Positions 25,637-35,938 of a stretch of 64,000 nt of DNA are shown piece by piece. The notes below the pieces were generated by a model that saw only the letters and a list, made by a program, of their open reading frames with translations, ran no database searches and had not been told where the DNA came from. The stretch covers positions 1,408,515 through 1,472,514 of the forward strand of contig JAHRHZ010000250.1 in assembly GCA_024137785.1 (NCBI GenBank), read 5' to 3'. The first letter of the stretch is position 1. Every line of letters begins with the position of its first letter. The translations under genes and the position numbers were made by a program. This DNA comes from Ginglymostoma cirratum (lineage: Eukaryota).

Positions 25637-25794
25637 TCTATAGGTATAAGGTTGGAAAAGCACAGCGGGCCAGACAGCATCAGAGGAGCAGGAAAGTAGA
25701 ACTCCCAACAAAGGTTTTCGGACGGAAATATTGACTTTCCTGCTCCTCTGATGCTGTCTGGCCCGCTGTGCTTTTCCAGCCTCACACCTATAGA
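25637..25794. repeat. Near-perfect hairpin element (~60-bp inverted arms), Penelope-like-derived family
   Basis: tctataggt..ggaaaagcacagcgggccagacagcatcagaggagcaggaaagt (25637-25698) is the reverse complement of actttcctgctcctctgatgctgtctggcccgctgtgcttttcc..acctataga (25734-25794). Confidence 0.8.
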
Positions 25795-25904
25795 CTCGGA
25801 ATTTAAATGCAATCCATAAATCTGGAATAAAAGCAAAGGTGACTGAAAATATCATCAATTAGTGTACATATCTTATCCGGTTCACTAATGTACTTTGGCT
25901 AAGG

Positions 25905-26310
25905 AAACGTGCCAGCCTTTTTCAGTCTGGTCTATATGTGACTTCAGATACAGAGCAATGTGATTGACTCTTAAGTGTCCTCTGAAATAGCCTAAGAGCC
26001 CATTTAGTTCAATGGCAATTCGGGATGGGCAACAAATGTTGGCCTTGTCAGCGACGCCCACATCGATGAAAGAGTAAATAAAAACACTCCGAGGATTCTG
26101 AATTCTCTGCCCGAGAGAGATGTGGATGTTCAATCAAGTATATTTAGAAATGAGATGGATTTAAGCGCATAAAATGAGCTATAGTTTCTGGGGAGATGAT
26201 GGAAAAGTAGAATTAATGAAATGTTGAGTCATGTTCTTACTGAAGGAGGGGAAGACGTTGGATGGCCCATGTAGCCTATTTATACTTCTCGTTCTTATGT
26301 TCTTATGTAT
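25905..26310 (+). mobile_element. 3' half of a tRNA-SINE (25905-26082) followed by a CR1 tail fragment
   Basis: Matches the 3' part of 56650-56993 (tgtgacttcaga...caatgtgattgactctt...ggcaattcgggatgggcaacaaatgttggccttgtcagcgacgcccacatc). Ends in a (ttcttatg)n CR1-type tail. Confidence 0.6.
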
Positions 26311-26586
26311 CAATACCTTATGATGGTGAAAGTCAGAGATCGTATTCTAAGTTTTTTTAACCTGCCTAATTGACAGTCTCCATATCTGTGCTTTGCACGA
26401 AGTCATCTATGCATGACATACAGTTAACAAAAAGAAACTGCTGTACAATTTACCTGCAAATAATAACTAGGATCATTAGCCTTGCTGTTATTTTGTTAGA
26501 AAATGTTATTGCATTGCTGAAAAACTCTTTGATAGCGTAAAGGCTAGAGTTAAAAGTTTGTAGGAAAGAAGTGGGAATATTTTTGG

Positions 26587-26770
26587 TTGTGCAACCATAA
26601 ATATTGCTTTTACGCAAAGGTTTGCAAAGACATTCGAGCTTTAAGCGACGCCAAAGGCAATGATTGGTTGATATGAACATGCCTACGTTCACCAATCAGA
26701 AGCTAGAACTTGCCTGGAGATCCCTTTTCCCTCCCCATCCACCATCAATGTAAGATCGGCGACAGTGTAA
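26587..26770 (+). promoter_or_regulatory. Promoter module of V6
   Basis: TTGTGCAACCATAAAT (26587), CATTCGAGCTTTAAGCG (26631), TGATTGGTTGA (26661), CACCAATCAGAA (26690), GGAGATC (26716) followed directly by the pyrimidine tract. Confidence 0.8.
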
Positions 26771-26998
26771 AAATGGACAGCAAGCTGTCGGTTGCTGTAT
26801 TGCGATTTGCACGTATATCTACGGATGATTTTAGAATTAATAAGAACGGTCGTCACAAATGAGACTAGGATGTATAAATAATACAGGTACTTTGCAAATT
26901 ACAGCTCTCGTAAAATTATATATAGGGAAGTTTATTGAGACCAGTTGGCGAACGGAGCTGCGCTGCACTGAAGCATCTGAAATGTTTTGTCGCTGGAA

Positions 26999-29473
26999 AT
27001 GGGATATTATAGAATATACTGGTTGGTAAAATTGCAACTGTTGTACTGTGTATTCCCCTCCTGGATTCTGGTTTCGGGGCAACTTCATTACTCGATTCCT
27101 GAAGAGTTACAGCTGGGTGCCTTTGTTGGAAACATTGCCGAGGATTTGGGTTTAACTGTGGAAGAGCTGTCGCCTCGAAATTTTCGAATTGTGCCCGGCT
27201 CCAACAAAAGGTTTTTCGACGTAAATTTAGACAGTGGGATTTTATTTGTGAAGGAGATAATTGACAGAGAACAACTCTGTGGGTCGAGTCTCATATGCTT
27301 ATTGTCTGTAGAGGCTGTGATCGAAAATCCTCTGAATGTCTATCGAATTGAGGTGGAGATTTTGGATATTAACGATAACGTTCCCCATTTTCCAAAAAAC
27401 GAAATCCGCCTTGAAATGTCTGAACTGGCTGTACCGGGAGCGCGCTTCCCCCTTGAGTGCGCGCACGACCCTGACGTTGGAACCAATTCCCTACAAAGCT
27501 ACCGATTGCTTGGGAGTCGGTACTTCGGTCTGGACATTGAAACCCGCAGTGGGGACGAGAAGCTGCCAGTGCTGGTGCTTGAAAAGGCACTGGATCGAGA
27601 GAAAGACTCAACCCACAGGTTAGAGCTCATTGCCAAGGATGGAGGGATCCCTCCGCGGTCCAGCACTGCTCAAATAATAATCACGGTGCTGGACGCCAAT
27701 GATAACTCTCCTGTGTTCTCCCAGTCGGTTTACAGGGTCAGCCTGAATGAAAATGTGCCAAAAGGAACAGTGGTGATCAAACTGAATGCAACTGATTTGG
27801 ACGATGGTTCTAATGGTGAGATAGAATATTCTTTTACCAGTCATACCTCAGGGACAGTTCGTGAGCTGTTTGATCTGGACTCCAAAACCGGGGAGATCAA
27901 AGTGAAAGGCAATTTGGACTATGAAGAAAATAATGCTTTTGAGATCAATGTTCAGGCAATGGATCGGGGCTCTGCACCACTGCCAGTGTACTGTCACATA
28001 CATGTCGATGTTACCGATGTGAATGATAACTCACCAGAGGTGTTAGTGACTTCTTTGTTCAGTCCAGTTAGTGAAGGCGATGTGCCCGGGACTGTGGTGG
28101 CTCTGATCAGCAGCACCGACAAAGACTCAGGAGAAAATGGACAGGTCCGCTGCCAAATCCCAGATAACATTCCGTTTAAGTTGAATTCTCCTTTAAAGAA
28201 TTATTACAAATTGTTAACGCGGGAGGAACTGGACAGGGAAACCGCCTCTAAGTACGACATCACTGTCCTCTGCAGTGATGCAAGCTCGACCCCACTGTCT
28301 TCCAAGAAAACTTTGCGGGTGGAGGTCACTGACGTAAATGACAATGCTCCACGTTTTAAACAGTCCGTGTACACAGCCTATGTGATGGAGAACAATGTTA
28401 TCGGAGGGTCAATCCTTTCTGTGGCAGCGTCCGACCCGGATGTTAACGAGAACGGTCAAATATCTTACTCTATTCCGAGGAAACAGATTCAGGACGAACC
28501 AGTGACCAACTACGTGCGTATTAATTCAAATAATGGAGTCATACTTTCTCAGATAGCATTCGATTATGAGAAACTTAAAAACTTTCAGTTCCAGGTTCAG
28601 GCACAGGATTCTGGAGTTCCAGCACTCAGCAGCAACGTTTCGGTAGATGTTGTTATCCTTGACCAGAACGACAATGCTCCAGTGATTCTGCACCCACTAC
28701 CTGAGTATGGGTCAACAGCAACAGAGACAATGTCCCGTTGGGCAGAACCAGGATATCTGGTTACCAAGGTATCTGCCATTGATGCAGACTCTGGTCAGAA
28801 CTCTCGCCTATCTTATCAGATTATTCAGACTACTGACCCAGGACTTTTCACGATTTCACCAGATACTGGCGAAATCTGGACAGTCCGTAGAATTGAGGGC
28901 AGAGATTCAATAAAGCAGAGTTTAACAATTATTGTAAAAGACAACGGAACACCACCACTTTCAGCGTCTATGACGATCGGTATATCGGTGGTGGATGGGG
29001 AATCAGAGCTGCTTTCTGATGCCGGAAGTTTAAATGAAGATCCTGGGTTCCCTTCCGATTTGAGTTTTTACTTGGTGATATCCTTAGCATTAATTTCGTC
29101 CATTTTTCTGGTAATTTTAATTTTCCTTGCTGTGAAAGTGCACAAGAACAGAACTCGGCTCGGAGTTTACAGCTGTGCCCTGGACGCCTGCTGCTGTTGT
29201 GAATCAAGACATTCATTGAATGGCATTCAAAGGGCCAGCAGAAACATTCAGATACCTCCAAATTATGTGGAGGTATTTGGTGGCGACCCACTTTCTCAGA
29301 GTTTCCGCTACGAGACATGTTCAACCTTAGTTTCAACTAAGCATGACTCTGCCTTTTCAAAGGTGTGCACTTCATCTCATTTGAAATGTAATGTCAGGAG
29401 TGAATACATTGAGAAGGGAAAAAATCCACACATCTCACCTCCTGAAAAATGTACAAACACTGTAAATAGTGAG
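26999..29473 (+). CDS. Clustered protocadherin variable exon V6 (825 codons)
   Basis: ORF 26987..29506, ATG 26999. EC1-6, TM, phase-0 donor GAG|GTGAGA at 29473/29474. Confidence 0.95.
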
Positions 29474-30064
29474 GTGAGATATTGCTTCAAAAGGGAAAAA
29501 AGATAAACCACAAGTTTGATTTGGTTGCACATAAGTCGATCGGCTGAATGGTCCGCTTCTGCTCCTTCGTCTTGTGGTCTTACATACAATGGAGATTTCC
29601 AACGCATAGCTAACTATTTCTGTGTGGTTCTATGCAGTTGAAGGTGAAGATAAAAAATACAACCCAGTAGCTTACATTATTTCCTTGCATTTTTGGAACA
29701 AGAACTTATATATTTATGGTATATTAAAAACGTCCCTGGAGGTGGTGGAAGAGGTGGGGATAGCTGAGCTTCAGTTATGTCTAATTGATAAGAACTGTTC
29801 AAGATTGTTCCTTCTAATTGAAAAAAATGCACAATGTAGTTGCAATATGTGTCACAGGAAAATAGTGTACAAGGAACAAAATGAACAAGATATACATCTG
29901 AAAGGGAATAAGTTAAAACAAAAATCTACAAAATACTATTATTTAGCAGAACAATTCCAATTGTTGAATACACATTTAATTTGGGTAAAACTGTGAATAT
30001 AAATGTATTTTGTAATATATTTGTTGGAAAGAATGTATCTTAATTAGGCATGGAAAAGTGAAAA

Positions 30065-31390
30065 ATTGCAGATACTGAAAGTCTGATATTTTTAAATCGA
30101 AAATGTTGGGCAAATTCATCAAGTCTGACAACGTCTGTGATGAAAGAAAGTGAGTTAACATGTTTCAGATTTGTGACTGTTCATCAGGCCGGGAAAAGTT
30201 AGAAAGATATTGGGATTTGAGTAAGAAGTAGGTGGGACAAGGACAAACAAAGATCTGCAATAGAATGAATGCCAGGAGAGATATAATAGCCGAAAAACTA
30301 GTCTTCCAGGGCTAAACGGAATGAGGCAAGAAACAAATTATATGTTTTGAGCAGATATATTGTAATTTGTGACAAAAACATGAAGAGAAAACCCAGCACG
30401 GGTAAAGAGAAGAAACAAAATGGGGGCAGAGGTTATTGTGCGACATTAGTTCTTCTTATTCATTCACAGGATATGGGTTTTGCTGGCTGGACCACCTTTT
30501 AGTGTCCATACCTAAATATCCATAGGGCAGTTAAGGGTCAACCACAATGCTGTGGGTCTGGAGTCATATGCAGTTCAGACCAAGTAAGGATGGTAGTTGC
30601 CTTCCCTATAAGATATTAGTGAACCTGATGGATTTTTCCAACAATCAACAATGGACTCATGGTCATCATTAGAGTCTTAATTCCACAATTTCATTGAATT
30701 GAAATTTCACCATCTGCCGTGGCATGATTCGATCCCAGGTCCTCAGAACATTATCTGGCTGTCTGGATTGACAGCCACACGAAGATGTTGCCTCCCCCTA
30801 CTGAAGTCAGCGTTAAAATTGGAGAGGTGTAAAGTGTCTATCAAAAGATAACATAATGTTCCTCACATGTACTTTGCGCCTCATGGAACAGTGATGCAGA
30901 CTGAGGACAGAGATGTCAGTGTAAAAAGAAAGTGCAGGATTAAAATAATAAGCCATTGGAAGCTGAAGATCATGCCTGCAAACGGAACAAAGGTGATCCA
31001 CATAGCAGTAAGGCAATCCGCATCTGACACACCCACCATCCATTCCCTCAGGAAAGAGGAAACAATATTTTGAGCAGAGTACATCCTAAACTAGATTGAG
31101 AGACGTGCGTATAAATTGCTGCTTCAGCTGAATGAAGTAATTGGGGGCTCGGATGTTGAGGAGAGAAGACGTCTAGGTGCCAAACCTGTGATAGCGTGAA
31201 AGGCGCAGTTGAATGGCAAGTTTTTTTGGGGGGGGTACTGAAATCTACTCTTCCCCCAGAGTGTCACAGAGGGAAGAGAATGCCGGAATAGGGTTCTGAA
31301 ATCAATTACCTCAATGTGAAAGGTGGATATCCGTTTGAGAGCATTTTAAAGGGATCAGATGATATGTTTCCAGCATTTTCTGTTTTCCTA
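30065..31390 (-). mobile_element. Decayed Penelope-like retroelement (GIY-YIG endonuclease remnant), interrupted by a SINE
   Basis: Minus ORF 30813..31043 (LPMAYYFNPALSFYTDISVLSLHHCS) resembles the PLE GIY-YIG C-terminus (PVAxHFNxxxHSxxDxxVLGL). The 31040-31150 minus strand resembles F-TC-S-N-VY-I-C. CTGATGA...GAAA core on minus at about 30160-30187. Confidence 0.6.
30455..30800 (-). mobile_element. tRNA-derived SINE with LINE-like tail
   Basis: Full-length reverse-complement match to 56650-56993. Confidence 0.8.
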
Positions 31391-31662
31391 TCACTTATGT
31401 GTAATTTACAGATAAGATAGTCATTATGCATTCACAATATGATAAGTGAAGCTTGTGTATTAAGCATATGCTTCGATCTGTTCCATTCCGGCTTCTGGTA
31501 AAAATAAATCACTTCAACTATTTAGTTCGCGTGCATGGCGACATGCGTTTTGCAGAGAATGTATATAGATGCATTTCCAAATATTCTCCTTTCTTCAGCT
31601 TCTTTTTAGAGTAACTTGACGGAGAAAGTTAGATCACTAAACTAATAGAGCAAGGATTTTCA

Positions 31663-31840
31663 TTGTACAACAATAAATGTTCAACTTCCTGACCTGATAG
31701 CTTTAAGAAATGCTGCGAGTTGTGATTGGTTGAGGACAAATGGGTCTCCATCCACCAATCAGTAGCTGAACGGTGACTGGAGATCCAGACTGCCCCCTTC
31801 CCGTCCCATCAGCCATCACATAGGATCTGACACAGTGTGA
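31663..31840 (+). promoter_or_regulatory. Promoter module of V7
   Basis: TTGTACAACAATAAAT (31663), AGCTTTAAGAA (31699), TGATTGGTTGA (31723), CACCAATCAG (31753), GGAGATCCAGACTGCCCCCTT (31779). Confidence 0.8.
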
Positions 31841-32063
31841 TTTTGGGTAGCGAGTAGCAGGGTATTTTATATTCCCAATCTTTAGTGATTTTAGAATAAT
31901 TGAGAAGAGTTATCAGAAATTGCCTCGGAGAATGTATCTCAATTGCAGGTATTATGGCTCTTTATTTTGGATTTTGAAAAATGATACGTAGTCATTTTAT
32001 TCCAAGGAGTAAAGTGGACAGCGCTGTGACGTGCTGGAAGGATTGAAATGCTTTGTGCTGGAA

Positions 32064-34490
32064 ATGGGATTTTATAAAATATATTGGTTGTTAAGATGGC
32101 AACTATTGTGTTTACTGTTCTGCTGGAACCTGGTTTCTGGACAGATTCGGTATTCCATTCCTGAAGAATTACAGCTGGGCGCGTTTGTTGGGGACATCGC
32201 GGCTGATTTGGGTTTAAATGTAAAACAGTTCTCGACTAGGAATTTTCGGATTGTATCCGGACCCAGGATAGAGTACTTTGGTGTGAATGTAGACAATGGG
32301 ATTTTAGTGGTGCAGGAGAATATTGACCGAGAGCAGCTCTGTGGATCGAGCCTCGGTTGTACTTTGACGCTGGAGGCTGTGATCGACGAGCCACTGAATG
32401 TGTATCACGTCGAGGTGGAAATTCTAGATATAAACGACAACGCTCCCCATTTCCCGAAGGGACAGTTCCGTTTGGAAATATCCGAGTTAGCAGTGCCTGG
32501 AATTCGCTTCCCACTGGAGCCTGCGTACGATCCCGACGTAGGCTCCAACTCCTTGCAAAGCTATCAGTTGGCTCCTAATCAGTATTTTAAGTTGGATGTA
32601 CAATCTCGCAGTGAGGACGTTAAACTCCCAGTTCTGGTGATGGAGCGACCTCTTGATAGAGAACAGCAGCCCACACTGCAGCTAGTGTTGACCGCCACTG
32701 ATGGGGGCATTCCGCAGAGATCTGGCACTGCACAGATTCTCATCCACGCTCTGGATGTCAACGACAATGTACCTACCTTTAGCCAGTCCCTTTATCGTGT
32801 TAGTTTGATGGAAAATGTGCCCATAGGAACGTTGGTGATCAAAGTGAACGCCACTGACCCAGATGAAGGTTCCAATGGAGAAATTGTCTATTCCTTTGGT
32901 AGCCACATTTCTGTTACAGTGCGGGAACTGTTCAGTGTGGATCCCACAACTGGAGAGATTCGCGTGAAAGGACATCTAGATTTTGAATCAGCAAAGCAGT
33001 TAGAGATTAGTGTGCAAGCTGTGGACAAAGGCGCAGGATCTGTACCCGTGCATTGCGATGTGATAGTGGAAGTGGACGATGTGAATGATAATGCGCCTGA
33101 AGTAACGGTGACTTCTTTGTCCAGTTCAGTGCCTGAAGATGCCCTACTGGGGACTGTGCTAGCTTTAATCAGTGTGACTGATTTGGATGTGGGGAAGAAT
33201 GGAAACACACACTGCCGGATCCCAAAGAACCTTCCTTTCGAATTGGATTCAACATTTAAGAACTATTACCGATTGGTCACCAAAGATTTACTAGACCGAG
33301 AAATGGTTTCTCAATATGATATCACCGTTACCTGCTGGGACGAAGGTTCGCCCGTACTCACCTCCAACAAAACCATTCAGCTGAAGATCTCTGATATAAA
33401 CGACAGCCCGCCACGTTTCTCACAGACTTCATACACCACCTATATCACCGAGAACAACGTCATTGGCAGCTCTATCTACTCAGTACCAGCTTTTGATTCG
33501 GATTTAAATCAGAATTCCAGGTTGTCCTATTCTATTTTACAGACACAGGTCGGCCACGACCCTGTTTATAATTATGTCTCCATTAATTCAGACAGCGGTG
33601 TAATATCTGCTGAGCGCTCTTTTGACTATGAAGAATTGAAGAAATTTCAGATCCAGGTCCAAGCTATAGACGCTGGAATTCCTCCACTGAGCAGTAATGT
33701 GGCTGTGTTCGTGGTCATTCTAGACCAAAATGATAATGCCCCAGTCATTATATCCCCAATACAGGAGTATGGGTCGACAGCAGTGGAGACAGTATCTCGA
33801 TCAGCAGAGCCGGGTTACCTGGTGACCAAGGTGTCAGCCACTGATGCGGATTCAGGTCCCAATGCAAGGCTCTCTTATCAACTGGCTCAGGCTACTGACC
33901 CTGGTCTTTTTACCATTGCTGCGGACACAGGAGAGATCTGGACAGTCCGCCGCATTACGGGCCAAGATGCAACTAAACAGCGCTTGGTTGTCCTAGTAAA
34001 AGACGATGGGCTCCCCCCTCTGACTGCCTCCATGAATATCATCTTATCATTGACGGACAGTGAGAGTGAAATTCTTTCTGAAGTCAGTAGCTTAACTGAG
34101 GATGTCAGACTGCCTTCGGACCTAAGCCTATACTTAGTCATAGCTTTAGGGACGATCTCATCCATTTTTCTAATGATTTTGGTTATCTTGGCTGTCAAAG
34201 TCCACCAAAGTAGGAACGTTCTTCACCGTCACAGCTGCTCCCTTGATACGGACTGCTGCTTCGGGTCAACGCATTCTCTCAATGGAATACAAAAAGCCAG
34301 CGTGAACCTTCAGATTCCCCCGAACTATGTTGAAGTGTTTGGCCGTGACCCATTGTCTCAGAACTTTGGTTACGAGGTATGTTCTACATCGGATAAAGAG
34401 ACAAGTGGCAACGTATTTCCCAAAATTCAAATTCTTACTCGATATAGGCAACCGCCTTATTGTGACATGGTCAGGCTTCAAATGTTGTAA
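32064..34490 (+). CDS. Clustered protocadherin variable exon V7 (last before the constant region); ORF stops 26 nt before the paralogous donor
   Basis: ORF 32031..34490, ATG 32064. EC1-6 and TM intact. TAA at 34488-34490. The positional donor GAG|GTAAGG (34516/34517) is out of frame. An in-frame donor GAG|GTATGT lies at 34376/34377. Confidence 0.88.
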   Translation: MGFYKIYWLLRWQLLCLLFCWNLVSGQIRYSIPEELQLGAFVGDIAADLGLNVKQFSTRNFRIVSGPRIEYFGVNVDNGILVVQENIDREQLCGSSLGCTLTLEAVIDEPLNVYHVEVEILDINDNAPHFPKGQFRLEISELAVPGIRFPLEPAYDPDVGSNSLQSYQLAPNQYFKLDVQSRSEDVKLPVLVMERPLDREQQPTLQLVLTATDGGIPQRSGTAQILIHALDVNDNVPTFSQSLYRVSLMENVPIGTLVIKVNATDPDEGSNGEIVYSFGSHISVTVRELFSVDPTTGEIRVKGHLDFESAKQLEISVQAVDKGAGSVPVHCDVIVEVDDVNDNAPEVTVTSLSSSVPEDALLGTVLALISVTDLDVGKNGNTHCRIPKNLPFELDSTFKNYYRLVTKDLLDREMVSQYDITVTCWDEGSPVLTSNKTIQLKISDINDSPPRFSQTSYTTYITENNVIGSSIYSVPAFDSDLNQNSRLSYSILQTQVGHDPVYNYVSINSDSGVISAERSFDYEELKKFQIQVQAIDAGIPPLSSNVAVFVVILDQNDNAPVIISPIQEYGSTAVETVSRSAEPGYLVTKVSATDADSGPNARLSYQLAQATDPGLFTIAADTGEIWTVRRITGQDATKQRLVVLVKDDGLPPLTASMNIILSLTDSESEILSEVSSLTEDVRLPSDLSLYLVIALGTISSIFLMILVILAVKVHQSRNVLHRHSCSLDTDCCFGSTHSLNGIQKASVNLQIPPNYVEVFGRDPLSQNFGYEVCSTSDKETSGNVFPKIQILTRYRQPPYCDMVRLQML

Positions 34491-35549
34491 ATGATGGGAT
34501 CAGTTTCTTCAGTGAGGTAAGGCGCAGCGTGCACTAAACTGGAGATCTTGAAGACCCGTCACTGGTATTGTGCATATTCTCAGGGTATTAATTGTTCTTC
34601 CGCGTGTAACACAGCTCTGAAACTCACCCAAAGGATAGCTTTCTCCACTTCTGTATTGATTGTTGCCCAAGTGCAAATCATTTTGTAGCTTTTCATTTGT
34701 CAATAACGTAAACAAAATTGCCTGTGCTTTTTGTAGACTGTTTTGCATAGGCGCCCACGCATGGGTTCAATAAGAACCTGGGAGCTTGAAAGGGTAAACA
34801 TGGAGAGAATGTTTCCCCTCATTTAAGAATTTAGAATTAAGGGTCACTTAATTAACAATCGCCCATTAACAACAGAGGATTTCTTTTTAATTTCAGCGAG
34901 GATTTGAGTAGTGGGAACTCTCTTCCTGAAAAGGCAGAATCTTTAAATAACAGGGCAAGTCTAGAAGGTGTGTTCCTTTTCAAAACACTGGATAAGGCAA
35001 CCCACACATCTTTGTACAGTTTGTTTTGTTGGCCATTCTCAGAATGTGGGTATGGCTAGGCCATCACTTATTTCCTATTCACAATTTCCCATGAAAAGGT
35101 CATGGTGAACTGCCTTTTTGAAGCCATTCACAGGACATAGGTGCATGCACAGTGCTAAAGTATAACCAGGTTTCATTGAATCGATGTGAACAGATCAATA
35201 ATAATACATTAAATGCATTTGTAAAAGACTTTCCCGAAATGAAAATGGATAAGTGTGGGACAATGAGCAATAAAAGGCAAAAGGAAAGGATTGGATTGTG
35301 TAACAGTGGTAAGAATGTCTAAAACAGAATACCATGGATACTGGAAATCTGAATTGAAATCAGAAAATACTTTAAAAAATTGGAGGCATTTGTGGAGAGA
35401 AAGGCAGAGTTAAATTATTGCCCTTTTATCAGAATACTGCTGGAACATATTGGGTGAATTCTTTTCCAAATAAATGAAATGTTTGAAATTTAAAGCATGG
35501 ATTATTTTAAACACCTCTTAAGGGTGTGTTAGTCAGCAGTCTCACTTTG

Positions 35550-35938
35550 TTAGCTAAGAGGAGTGACCATATTGTGGTTTATAAAATTATGAGGGGCATA
35601 GATAAGGTGAATAACAAGTGTCTTTTTCCCTAGGGTAGGGGAGTTCAAAACTAGGGGGCATATTTTTAAGGTGAGAGGAGAAAGATTTAAAAGAACATGA
35701 GGGGAAACTTTTTGGCACAGAGAGTGGTTTGTGTATGGAATGAACTGACAGGGAAGGTAGTGGATGCAGGTACAGCTACAATGTTTAAAAGACATTTGGA
35801 TAAGTGCATGAATAGGAAAGGTTTGGAGGGACATGGGCCAAGTGCAGCCAAGTGGGGCTACTTTAGTTTGGGAACATGGTCAGCGTGGACTGGTTCAACC
35901 AAAGGGTCTGGTTCCATGCTATATGACTCTAGGACTAT
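35550..35938 (+). mobile_element. CR1-type (HER1-like) LINE 3' end
   Basis: ORF 35697..36032 begins MRGNFLAQRVVCVWNELTGKVVDAGTATMFKRHLDKCMNRKGLEG, the CR1 ORF2 C-terminus. Tail tatgactctaggactata. Confidence 0.85.
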
